DNA of 63,839 nucleotides, filler included, from Actinomycetota bacterium (GTDB taxonomy: Bacteria > Actinomycetota > Acidimicrobiia > IMCC26256 > VFJJ01), in NCBI GenBank assembly GCA_009886115.1. It is 4 parts of 4 records of this genome, joined end to end, with 100 filler letters (N's around TTAATTAATTAA, not from the genome) between each part and the next. Parts side by side here need not be neighbours in the genome. Positions count along the whole stretch, not along the records: positions 1 to 20,050 come from VFJJ01000182.1; 3 more parts are not named here. One strand, 5' to 3'. Shown here one piece after another: positions 1 through 8,825 of this stretch. Within the stretch, counting starts at the first letter, position 1, and the number at the start of each line of letters is the position of its first letter. Below the pieces are notes generated by a model. It saw nothing but the letters and a program-made list of their open reading frames with translations. It was not told the DNA's origin and did not search any database. The position numbers and the translations under genes are program-made.

Positions 1-55
1 CCTCGAGAAGGGCGCCCCCCTCTTCCCCCGCATGGAAGCCCCGCCGACGCCGTGA
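1..55 (+). CDS. metG: 3' end of probable methionyl-tRNA synthetase (partial)
   Basis: LEKGAPLFPRMEAPPTP* resembles the MetRS LFPR C-terminus; metG-tatD-rpfB-ksgA synteny. Confidence 0.55.
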   Translation, partial: LEKGAPLFPRMEAPPTP

Positions 56-81
56 CCCCGTGACCCCGTGACCCCGTGACC
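52..81. repeat. 8-bp tandem repeat GTGACCCC x3.75
   Basis: Read directly; overlaps metG stop codon. Confidence 0.9.
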
Positions 82-95
82 GCCCCCCACCCCAC

Positions 96-146
96 CGAAA
101 TTTGCGCGGAAATGCGCACCCGGTGAGCAATTCCGCGCAAATTTCG
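96..146. repeat. 51-bp palindromic element
   Basis: CGAAATTTGCGCGGAA...TTCCGCGCAAATTTCG perfect 16-bp inverted repeat. Confidence 0.85.
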
Positions 147-959
147 TGGGTTGACAGCCACTGTCACGTCCAGCCGCCGTACGGGCGCGACGACGCGCCC
201 GTCGAGGCCGTCCTCGATCGGGCCCGGGCGGCCGGGGTCGTGGCCATGGTGTGCGTGGGGTGCGACCTCGAGAGCTCCCGGGCGGCGATCGCCCTGGCCG
301 AGACCCATCCCGACGTGTGGGCCACGGTCGGCCTCCATCCGCACGACGCATCGAACCTCGACGCCGAGTGGGACGCCCTGGCCGACCTGGTCGGCGGGCC
401 CGGCGCCTCGGCCCGGGTCGTCGGCATCGGCGAGACCGGCTTCGACCTCTACTACGGCCATTCTCCCGAGGCCGCGCAGGAGGAGGCGTTCCGGCGCCAC
501 ATCCGGCTGGCCCACTCGCTCGATCGCGCGCTGGTGATCCACACCCGCGACGCATGGGAGCCCACGTTCCGGGTGCTCCGCGACGAAGGGATGCCGCCGA
601 GGACGGTCTTCCACTGCTTCACCGGTGGACCGTCGGAGGCCGACGAGGCACTCACGCTGGGTGCTCACCTCTCGTTCAGTGGCATCGTCTCGTTCAAGAC
701 CGCGCACGACCTCCGCGTCGCGGCTCGTATCACGCCCGACGATCGGCTCCTGGTCGAGACCGACGCTCCGTACCTGGCCCCCGTCCCGCACCGGGGGCGC
801 ACCAATGAGCCGGCGTTCCTCACCGCAGTTGGCGATGCGCTGGCCGCGGCCCGCGAGACGACACCGGATGCGATCGCATCGATGACGGCGCGCAACGCCG
901 CTCGCGTCTTCGACCTCGTCGTGCCCGCTTCGGAACGGGATCCGATGGTGGGCGGCTGA
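123..959 (+). CDS. tatD: TatD family hydrolase/DNase
   Basis: DSHCH, GLHPH, GIGETGFD, IHTRDA, FHCFTG, ETDAPYL motifs; start uncertain (GTG 123 or TTG 102). Confidence 0.95.
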   Translation: MSNSAQISWVDSHCHVQPPYGRDDAPVEAVLDRARAAGVVAMVCVGCDLESSRAAIALAETHPDVWATVGLHPHDASNLDAEWDALADLVGGPGASARVVGIGETGFDLYYGHSPEAAQEEAFRRHIRLAHSLDRALVIHTRDAWEPTFRVLRDEGMPPRTVFHCFTGGPSEADEALTLGAHLSFSGIVSFKTAHDLRVAARITPDDRLLVETDAPYLAPVPHRGRTNEPAFLTAVGDALAAARETTPDAIASMTARNAARVFDLVVPASERDPMVGG

Positions 960-1172
960 GCCCAAATCCCCGGTCACGCTCCGCAGTCGTCGACGTGGTG
1001 AATGTTGCCTGCCCCTGTGCGCGTTGCTAGGTTGGGTCACCTCCAGCGGGATCCGTTTCCCCCGGTCGGAGCCGCGAGGCTCACCGACCGCCGGCGACCG
1101 CAACCAGGTCCACTGATGCGGCCCGGAGATGCAGGTCGGGAGCGGACCCTTCGTCGAGCGCATGGGCAGCGA

Positions 1173-2345
1173 ATGAACGCAGGTCGAATCACGCGATGGT
1201 TACCGCCGGTCCTCATCTCGATGGGCCTCGTGACCGCGCTGGTGTTCGTGCAGACCCGGCCTGAGGTGCGTGTCAGCCTCGAAGGCCAGAACGTCCTGGT
1301 CGCCCGCACGCCGGTGACCGTCGGCCAGTTGCTCATCGACCACGACGTCGTCGTCGGTCCCTACGACGACGTCGAGCCGTCGCTCACCACGTCGGTCATC
1401 GACGGGATGGCCATCGACATCGTGCGAGCCCACCCGGTCACCCTCGACGACAACGGTGCCCTGTCGACCCTGTGGACGACGGCGTCGACCGTCGATGCCG
1501 TCGTCGACGCACTCGGACGCCATCCCGACACCATCGACCCGCCCTACGGCTCGCCGCTCGAGCCGGGGCAGACGCTCGTGCTCCGCGACGCCGTGAGCGT
1601 GGCGGTGAACGTCGACGGTGAGCGTCAGTTCGTGGTGCTCACCGGGCGGACCGTCGCCGATGTCCTGGCCTCGGGAGGGATCACCGTCGCCTCCGACGAC
1701 GAGGTCACGCCGGCGCTCGACGCCCCGATCGCCAATGGCGAGTCGATCACTTTGGTCAGGGTCTTCGACGGCGTCGTCGAAGCCGAGACGCCGCTCCCGT
1801 TCGTGACGCATCGCCATGACGATCCGGACCTCACCGTCGGTCGCGAGGTCGTCGACATCGAGGGTTCGCCGGGTCTGGTGCGCACGCGAGCCCGTGTGGT
1901 GAGCCATGACGGGGTCGAGATCTCGCGCACGATGCTGTCGGAGGAACGCGTCGCCGAGCCCGTCGATCGCGTCGTACGGGTCGGTACCAAGCCCCGCCCC
2001 GCCAGCGCGCCGCCTGCTCCGGCTCCGACGAGCGGACGCCCGTCGACTCGCGGACCCGATTCCCAGTATGAGATCAAGCCCGATCCCGAGCTCGAGAGTG
2101 GGACCCAGACCGGTGGGGCGACCTTCTACGACCACGCGCCCCTCTCGGGAGGATGTGCCCACAGGACCCTGGCCAAGGGGACGGTCGTGACGGTCACCAA
2201 CCAGGCCAATGGTGCGTCGGTCAACTGCACGGTCAACGACCGGGGACCGTACGGGGCCGGCCGGATCATCGACCTGCATCCCGACCAGTTCTCGGCCATC
2301 GCCGACCTGAGCACCGGGGTCATCCGGGTCACCATCTCCTATTGA
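1173..2345 (+). CDS. RpfB/YabE-like cell-wall enzyme: N-terminal TM, three DUF348 repeats, G5 domain, C-terminal RlpA-like DPBB domain
   Basis: TVGQLL/TVDAVV/TVADVL repeats, G5-like EGSPG..PVDRVVRVGTK, C-terminal CAHRTL..VNDRGPY..RIIDL; lies between tatD and ksgA. Confidence 0.85.
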   Translation: MNAGRITRWLPPVLISMGLVTALVFVQTRPEVRVSLEGQNVLVARTPVTVGQLLIDHDVVVGPYDDVEPSLTTSVIDGMAIDIVRAHPVTLDDNGALSTLWTTASTVDAVVDALGRHPDTIDPPYGSPLEPGQTLVLRDAVSVAVNVDGERQFVVLTGRTVADVLASGGITVASDDEVTPALDAPIANGESITLVRVFDGVVEAETPLPFVTHRHDDPDLTVGREVVDIEGSPGLVRTRARVVSHDGVEISRTMLSEERVAEPVDRVVRVGTKPRPASAPPAPAPTSGRPSTRGPDSQYEIKPDPELESGTQTGGATFYDHAPLSGGCAHRTLAKGTVVTVTNQANGASVNCTVNDRGPYGAGRIIDLHPDQFSAIADLSTGVIRVTISY

Positions 2346-2368
2346 CGGGTGAGCGGTCCCGTGCTGGC

Positions 2369-2419
2369 CGTTCTTTGCGTCCAACTCCGCTTCGGGCGCG
2401 GCGCGAGACGCAAAGAACG
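2369..2419. repeat. 51-bp palindromic element
   Basis: CGTTCTTTGCGTC...GACGCAAAGAACG 13-bp perfect inverted repeat. Confidence 0.85.
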
Positions 2420-2442
2420 CCGGGTCACGTAGCCTCCGGCGG

Positions 2443-3351
2443 GTGAAGCTGCTCTCGCCGGCCGACGTGGCGGCCCTCCTTGCCCGCCATGGCGGACGCC
2501 CGTCGAAGGCCCTGGGTCAGAACTTCCTGGCCGACCCCAACACCGCACGTCGGATCGTGCGCCTCGCCGGTGTCGCGCCGGGCGACCGTGTCGTCGAGAT
2601 CGGGCCCGGCATCGGGTCGTTGACGTTGGCGCTCGTCGACGCCGGAGCCACCGTGGTCGCCATCGAGCTCGACCGGCACCTCATCCCGGTCCTCGACGAG
2701 GTGCTGACCACCGCCGGGGTCGCCGATCGGGTCCGGGTCGTCTTGGCTGACGCGCTCACGATCGACTGGGGCGAGCTCCTCGGGACGGGTGCCGGGACGG
2801 GTGCCGGGACGCCCGACACGGAGTCGCCGTCGGACCGGCCGTGGTCGCTCGTGGCCAACCTCCCCTACAACATCGCGACGCCGCTCGTCGTGACCGTGCT
2901 CGAGACCGCTCCGGCGATCACCCGCCTGTTCGTGATGGTGCAACGGGAGGTGGCCGAGCGCTGGTGCGCCCGCCCCGGGCCCGGGGCCTACGGCGCCGTC
3001 ACCGTGAAGATCGCCTACTTCGCGTCGGCCCGGCTCGCCGGCGCCGTCCCGCCAACGGTGTTCATGCCCCGCCCCAACGTCGACTCGGCGCTGGTGAAGC
3101 TCGAACGTCACGCCCGACCACCGGTGACCGTCGACGATCCGGCCCGGCTCTTCACGCTCGTCCGGGCCGGCTTCGCCCAGCGACGCAAGACCCTCAAGCG
3201 CTCGCTGACCCCGGTGCTCGGCGACGCGGCCGGGCCCGTGCTGACGACTGCCGGGGTCGACCCCTCGGCCCGGGCCGAGACCCTCGATCTCGACTCTTGG
3301 GCGGCCGTCGCCCGAGCCGCCGCCGATCGAGCCGCTGGGGCGATCCCGTGA
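2443..3351 (+). CDS. rsmA: 16S rRNA dimethyltransferase RsmA/KsgA
   Basis: LGQNFL, EIGPGIGSLT, ANLPYNI, MVQREVAER, FAQRRKTL. Confidence 0.97.
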   Translation: MKLLSPADVAALLARHGGRPSKALGQNFLADPNTARRIVRLAGVAPGDRVVEIGPGIGSLTLALVDAGATVVAIELDRHLIPVLDEVLTTAGVADRVRVVLADALTIDWGELLGTGAGTGAGTPDTESPSDRPWSLVANLPYNIATPLVVTVLETAPAITRLFVMVQREVAERWCARPGPGAYGAVTVKIAYFASARLAGAVPPTVFMPRPNVDSALVKLERHARPPVTVDDPARLFTLVRAGFAQRRKTLKRSLTPVLGDAAGPVLTTAGVDPSARAETLDLDSWAAVARAAADRAAGAIP

Positions 3352-4412
3352 CCGATTCGCCCGCAGATTCTGGCGCAGATTCTGCGCGTTCGTCCGCCGA
3401 ATCGTCCGCAGATTCGTCCGCCGATTCTGCGCGTACCCGCGCCGAATCTGGCGCAGATTCTGCGCGGACGGTCGGGATGCGAGCTCATGCCAAGCTCACG
3501 CTCTCGCTTCGCGTCACCGGCGTCCGCTCGGACGGGTTCCACGAGCTCGACGCCCTCGTGGCGTTCGGCGGCCCGTCCGACCTCCTCTCGGCCACGCTGG
3601 CTGCCGGGCGCGACGACGTGATGCTGACCGTCCACGGAGCGGCTGACGGGCTCCTCCCGGTCCCAGCCGACGGGCGCAACCTCGTGGTCCGGGCGGTCAC
3701 CGGGCTCCGCGCCGCGCTGGATTCACGGGAGCCCGCCATGCCCGGACCCCAACTCGGCCTCGATCTCGAGCTGCACAAGAGCATCCCGGCTGGAGGCGGT
3801 CTGGGCGGCGGCTCGGTCGACGCCGCGGCCGCGCTGCTCATCGCCCGCCGGCTGCTCGACGCCGAGCAGCTCATCTCCGATCGGGAGCTCGCGGCGATCG
3901 GGGCCATGATCGGCTCCGACGTTCCCGTGTGCCTCGCCGGCGCAGCGTTTGCCCGGATGCAGGGCCGGGGCGAGGTGGTCGAGACGATCTCCAGACAGGC
4001 GCCCGGTCTCGCCGTCGCCGTCTTCACGCCGGCGTTCGCGTGCTCGACGCCAGCTGTGTACCGGGCGTGGGACCGTCTCGGCCGACCGGTCGGCCGGGAG
4101 CTCGCGGTGCCGGCTCCGCTCCGCACCAGCGTGCCCTGGCTCCCCTCGTTGCGCAACGACCTCGAGCCGGCCGCCGAGTCGATCGAGCCCCGGCTGCATG
4201 CGTACCGGACGGCCGTCGAGGATGTCATGGGGGCGCCGGCGCTCCTGGCAGGAAGCGGGTCGTCGCTGATCGTGATCGTCGACCTCCACGACACCGGGGC
4301 CAAGCGGCGAGCAGAGATCGCGACGGCTCGGGCGGGGCCGGGAACGGTGGTCACGTCGCCGCTGGTCGACCGGCCCGTCCACGATCTGGAGCCCCCGCGC
4401 CGCCGAGTGTGA
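3348..4412 (+). CDS. ispE: 4-(CDP)-2-C-methyl-D-erythritol kinase
   Basis: AHAKLTLSL..DGFHEL, KSIPAGGGLGGGS, GSDVP, NDLE; GTG overlaps rsmA stop; repetitive N-terminal extension. Confidence 0.92.
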   Translation: MTDSPADSGADSARSSAESSADSSADSARTRAESGADSARTVGMRAHAKLTLSLRVTGVRSDGFHELDALVAFGGPSDLLSATLAAGRDDVMLTVHGAADGLLPVPADGRNLVVRAVTGLRAALDSREPAMPGPQLGLDLELHKSIPAGGGLGGGSVDAAAALLIARRLLDAEQLISDRELAAIGAMIGSDVPVCLAGAAFARMQGRGEVVETISRQAPGLAVAVFTPAFACSTPAVYRAWDRLGRPVGRELAVPAPLRTSVPWLPSLRNDLEPAAESIEPRLHAYRTAVEDVMGAPALLAGSGSSLIVIVDLHDTGAKRRAEIATARAGPGTVVTSPLVDRPVHDLEPPRRRV

Positions 4413-4447
4413 ACTCCGGCACGATCGCCCGCTAACCTCCCGCCCCG

Positions 4448-4546
4448 ATGGGATCCCTGATCAAGAAGCGCCGCAAGCGCATGCGTAAGAAGAAGCACAA
4501 GAAGCTCCTCAAGCGCACCCGCTGGCAACGTCGCGCCGGCAAGTAG
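4448..4546 (+). CDS. 30S ribosomal protein bS22 (AURKAIP1/COX24-domain small basic protein), 32 aa
   Basis: MGSLIKKRRKRMRKKKHKKLLKRTRWQRRAGK, read manually (below ORF-track cutoff). Confidence 0.93.
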   Translation: MGSLIKKRRKRMRKKKHKKLLKRTRWQRRAGK

Positions 4547-4754
4547 CTCCTGAGCCGAGCGCAAGAGTCTGGATCTGAGCGGCCGTTCCCGGCCCGGGCG
4601 CACGCTCGGGCCATCGGGCGGCCGCTCGGCGCGATCGGAGCCCAACCGACATCGGCGGCTCGGGCACTGGGTCACCGGTCACCGGTCACCGGGTCCCTGG
4701 GACATCGTGGACCAGGGGCGTCCCCGGCGACGACTAGTCTCGATCGGCGAACGA

Positions 4755-4826
4755 TCGGGGGTGGTGTAATCGGCAGCACAGGGTCCTTTGGAGTCCCTGG
4801 TCCAGGTTCGAGTCCTGGCCCCCGAG
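4755..4826 (+). tRNA. tRNA-Gln(TTG)
   Basis: Acceptor TCGGGGG/CCCCCGA, anticodon loop CTTTGGA, T-arm CCAGG-TTCGAGT-CCTGG; CCA not encoded; lies upstream of glmU. Confidence 0.93.
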
Positions 4827-4872
4827 CTGCTGAACCACCGCCCGTCAGCCGAGCACCTCTGAAGGGAACCGC

Positions 4873-6291
4873 ATGTCTGCTGGAGCTCGTCCCCTCACCG
4901 CCATCGTCTTGGCAGCGGGCGAGGGAACCCGGATGAAGTCGGCGGTCCCGAAGGTGCTGCACCCGTTGTGCGGCCGTCCGATGGTGCTGCACGTCCTCGA
5001 CGCCGTCGGGTCGCTGCCGCTCGACCGGGTCGTCGTCGTCGTCGGCCACGGCGCCGAGCGGGTGTCCAAGACCCTGGCCGAGAACGCCGATGCCCCGGTT
5101 CCCGTCGAGTCGGTCCTGCAGGCCCAGCAACGCGGGACGGGCGACGCGATGGCCGTGGCCCTCACCGTCATCCCCGAGGACTTCTCCGACGACGACGACG
5201 TGCTCGTGGTCCCCGGCGACACCCCGCTGCTTCGCGCCGACACGTTGCGGGCCATGGTCGACCTGCACCGGTCGTCGGGCGCCGCCGCGACCGTGCTCAC
5301 GGCTGTCGTCCCCGACGCCACCGGGTACGGCCGGATCGTCCGTGACCGTGACGGGCGAGTCGACCGCATCGTCGAGCACCGCGACGCCTCCGAGGCCGAG
5401 CTGGCGATCAACGAGATCAACACCTCGATCTACTGCTTCCGGCGGGCGTTGCTCGCTCCGGCATTGCGTCGGATCACCCCCGACAACTCCCAGGGCGAGT
5501 ACTACCTCACCGATGCCGTGGCGTTCCTCCGCCAGGCGGGGCATCGGGTCGACGCCGTCATCGCCCCCGACTGCATCGAGGCGGGTGGGATCAACGATCG
5601 GGCGCAGCTCGCGGCCGCCGAGGCCGAGGTTCGCCGACGGATCAACGACCACTGGATGCGCGAAGGCGTCACCATGGTCGACCCCGAACACACCTACATC
5701 GACGTGTCGGTCGTCCTCGGGCGTGACATCCGGCTGTGGCCGGGCGTGCATCTCCAGGGGCGTACGACCGTGGGCGACCGCTCGGAGATCGGGCCCGACT
5801 GCCGCCTCGTCGACACCGTCGTGGGCGAGGACGCCAGCGTCACCTACTCGATCGCCCGCGACTGCGACATCGGCAACGGCGCCAACGTGGGTCCCTACGC
5901 CAGCCTCCGCCCCGGCACCACGTTGGGCTCGGGCGCCAAGGTCGGGACGTTCGTCGAGACGAAGAACGCCGACATCCGCGCCGGCGCCAAGGTGCCGCAT
6001 CTGGCCTACGTGGGTGACGCCGAGATCGGCGAGCGCGCCAACCTGGGTGCCGGCACGATCACGGCGAACTACGACGGCACCCACAAGCACCGCACGATCG
6101 TGGGCCCGTCCGTGCGGACCGGCTCGAACACGGTCCTGGTGGCCCCGATCGTGATCGGCGAGGGTTCGTACACCGGCGCAGGAGCCGTGGTCACCCGCGA
6201 CGTCCCGCCACGGTCACTGGCCAAGGGCGTGCCCGCAAAGATCGTCGAGGGTTGGGCCTCCGAGCGCGGCGCCGACGACGAGCACCACTGA
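4873..6291 (+). CDS. glmU: Bifunctional GlmU
   Basis: LAAGEGTRMKS, GYGRIVR, EYYLTD, hexapeptide repeats, HLAYVGDA, NYDG. Confidence 0.98.
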   Translation: MSAGARPLTAIVLAAGEGTRMKSAVPKVLHPLCGRPMVLHVLDAVGSLPLDRVVVVVGHGAERVSKTLAENADAPVPVESVLQAQQRGTGDAMAVALTVIPEDFSDDDDVLVVPGDTPLLRADTLRAMVDLHRSSGAAATVLTAVVPDATGYGRIVRDRDGRVDRIVEHRDASEAELAINEINTSIYCFRRALLAPALRRITPDNSQGEYYLTDAVAFLRQAGHRVDAVIAPDCIEAGGINDRAQLAAAEAEVRRRINDHWMREGVTMVDPEHTYIDVSVVLGRDIRLWPGVHLQGRTTVGDRSEIGPDCRLVDTVVGEDASVTYSIARDCDIGNGANVGPYASLRPGTTLGSGAKVGTFVETKNADIRAGAKVPHLAYVGDAEIGERANLGAGTITANYDGTHKHRTIVGPSVRTGSNTVLVAPIVIGEGSYTGAGAVVTRDVPPRSLAKGVPAKIVEGWASERGADDEHH

Positions 6292-6398
6292 CCCTCGCCG
6301 AGCGCTGATTGCTGTCTGCTGATCGCTGATTGATCACTCGTCGCTCGCTCCGACGCGCGAGAGTTGGCTTTGTGCGCAGCAAACGACGGGAGTCAGGC

Positions 6399-7370
6399 GT
6401 GGAGCTCGTTTCCAAGAAGAAGCTCGTCGTGGTCACCGGGCGGGCCAACGTGCCGTTGGCGCAGGAGGTCGTGGCCGCGCTCGGCGAGCCCCTCGGCGAG
6501 GTGCACCTCGCCACGTTCGCCAACGGAGAGATCTACGCCCGCTACGGCGAGAGCATCCGCGGCGCCGACGTGTTCATCATCCAGAGCCACTCCGACCCGG
6601 TCAACGACCACCTGATGGAGCAGCTCATCATGGTCGACGCGGCCAAGCGCGCCTCGGCCAAGCGCATCACGGTGATCTGCCCGTTCTACGGGTACTCGCG
6701 TCAGGACAAGAAGTCGGAAGGGCGAGAGCCCATCACGGCCCGTCTCGTCGCCGACATGCTGACCGTCGCCGGCATCGACCGGGTCGTCACCGTCGATCTC
6801 CACCAGGGGCAGATCCAGGGGTTCTTCAACCTCCCCGTCGACCACCTCACCGCCCTGCCCGTCATCACGAACTACCTCGCCGAGGTGACCGCGGGCACCG
6901 ACGTCGTCGTGGTCTCGCCCGATGCCGGTGGTGTCAAGCGCGCCCAGAAGTTCGCCAACCACCTCGGCGCCGATCTGGCGATCATCCACAAGCGTCGGCC
7001 CCGAGGCACCATCAACGTCGCCCAGGCGCTCCACATCGTGGGTGAGGTCGCCGGTCGGACGTGTGTGCTCATCGACGACATGATCGACACCGCAGGCACC
7101 ATCACCTCGGCGGCCGAGCTCCTCGTGGCCAACGGCGCCACCGAGGTCTACGTGGCGGCCACGCACGCCCTGCTCTCCGATCCCGCCGTCGATCGGCTCA
7201 AGAACTCGTCGATCCGTGAGGTCATCGTCACGAATTCGTTGCCGATCCCGAGTGAAAAGCAGTTCGACAGCCTGCGGATCCTCTCGATCGCCCCGCTCAT
7301 CGCCGACGCCATCGACGCCGTGTTCGAGGACACCTCGGTCAGCGAGATCTTCCAGGGCGAGAACTTCTGA
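6399..7370 (+). CDS. prs: Ribose-phosphate pyrophosphokinase
   Basis: FANGE, YSRQDKK, DLH, VSPDAGG, DDMIDTAGT. Confidence 0.98.
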   Translation: MELVSKKKLVVVTGRANVPLAQEVVAALGEPLGEVHLATFANGEIYARYGESIRGADVFIIQSHSDPVNDHLMEQLIMVDAAKRASAKRITVICPFYGYSRQDKKSEGREPITARLVADMLTVAGIDRVVTVDLHQGQIQGFFNLPVDHLTALPVITNYLAEVTAGTDVVVVSPDAGGVKRAQKFANHLGADLAIIHKRRPRGTINVAQALHIVGEVAGRTCVLIDDMIDTAGTITSAAELLVANGATEVYVAATHALLSDPAVDRLKNSSIREVIVTNSLPIPSEKQFDSLRILSIAPLIADAIDAVFEDTSVSEIFQGENF

Positions 7371-7550
7371 GCGCGGCGCCTTTACTCGGGATCTGACCGT
7401 CGCGTCAAGGACCTTCTCGCTCCGGTTCGATTCCGACGGTCGGGGTCGCGTCAGAATGGCGCATCACCTCCTGCCACTTCGGGGGTCAAGGACTCTGGGG
7501 CGCCGACCGGGCCCCAACGGCTACGGAAACAACCGAACGGACGCGCCTTC

Positions 7551-8141
7551 ATGAACCAGGTCCAGCTCGTCGTCGAACTCCGCCCCGACACCGGCAAATC
7601 GCCGTCGCGCAAGCTGCGTCGTGAGGGTCTGGTTCCTGGCATCGTCTACGGCCTCGATGGAGTCTGCGAGCAGGTTTCGGTGCCGGCCCGGGCGCTCCAG
7701 CACATCCTCCAGGCCACGGGTGGGTCCAACACGCTGATCGAGCTCAAGGTGGGCACGTCGAGCCAGCTGACCCTGGCCCGTGAGGTCCAGCGCCACCCCG
7801 TTCGCGGCACGCTGTTGCACGTCGACTTCGTCCGGGTGATGGCCGGCCAGTCGATCGAGGCCGAGATCCCGGTCATCCTCGTCGGTGAGCCGATCGGCGT
7901 GCGCGAGGGCGGGCGTCTCGAGCAGCTGGTCTTCCACGTGAAGGTCGCCGCGCCCGCCGGTTCGATCCCTTCGGGTATCGAGCACGACGTGAGCGGCCTG
8001 GCGATGGGCGACCAGCTCTTGGTGTCCGAGCTGGCGATCCCGGAGGGCGTGACGCTCGTGACCGAGGCCGACGTGCTCGTCGCGCACATGCCCATCCCGC
8101 GTGGTGCCACCACGGTTGTGGCCGCTCCCGACGCCGAGTAG
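7551..8141 (+). CDS. rplY: 50S ribosomal protein L25/Ctc
   Basis: GKSPSRKLRREGLVPGIVYG, QRHPVRG..HVDF. Confidence 0.95.
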   Translation: MNQVQLVVELRPDTGKSPSRKLRREGLVPGIVYGLDGVCEQVSVPARALQHILQATGGSNTLIELKVGTSSQLTLAREVQRHPVRGTLLHVDFVRVMAGQSIEAEIPVILVGEPIGVREGGRLEQLVFHVKVAAPAGSIPSGIEHDVSGLAMGDQLLVSELAIPEGVTLVTEADVLVAHMPIPRGATTVVAAPDAE

Positions 8142-8158
8142 CACCGGCCTCCTGAGCC

Positions 8159-8737
8159 GTGGCCGACTTCCTGGTTGTCGGGCTCGGCAACCCGGGTCCG
8201 GAGTACGCCAAGACGCGCCACAACGTGGGCGCCGAGGTCGTCGAGATCCTGGCGCGACGCCACGGTGGCTCCCTGAAGCGATCCCGGGCCGAGCGGGCCA
8301 TGGTCGGTGACGTGCAGATCGCCGGCAGGCGCGTCACGCTCGCCGTGCCTTCGACGTACATGAACGAGTCGGGAATGGCCGTCGGTCCGCTCGTGCGCTA
8401 CGCGGCGATCACCCCCGAGCAGCTCATCGTGGTGCATGACGAGCTCGATCTGGCGCCGGCTGCCCTGCGCGTCAAGAACGGCGGCGGGCTCGCCGGGCAC
8501 AACGGGTTGCGATCGATCGTCGCCCACCTCAAGACCCAGGACTTCGCCCGGGTCCGCATCGGTGTGGGCAAGCCGCCCGGTGGAGCCAGCCGAGGCGTCG
8601 ACCATGTGCTCAAGCGCTTCGGCAAGGCCGAGCGCGAGCAGATCGACGTGACGCTCGAGCTGGCCGCAGATGCAATCGAGTCCATCGTCGCCGACGGCAT
8701 CGACCAGGCGATGAACCGCCACAACACCAAGGTCTGA
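8159..8737 (+). CDS. pth: Peptidyl-tRNA hydrolase
   Basis: VGLGNPG..TRHNVG, YMNESG, HDELDL, GHNGLRS. Confidence 0.98.
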   Translation: MADFLVVGLGNPGPEYAKTRHNVGAEVVEILARRHGGSLKRSRAERAMVGDVQIAGRRVTLAVPSTYMNESGMAVGPLVRYAAITPEQLIVVHDELDLAPAALRVKNGGGLAGHNGLRSIVAHLKTQDFARVRIGVGKPPGGASRGVDHVLKRFGKAEREQIDVTLELAADAIESIVADGIDQAMNRHNTKV

Positions 8738-8825
8738 CCGCGGCACCGACCCGACGAGCAAACCGGTGTGGGACCGTGGCCCCACGACCGGGTCGGGCTG
8801 GGCAGTGGGTAGCCTCGCGCTCGCC

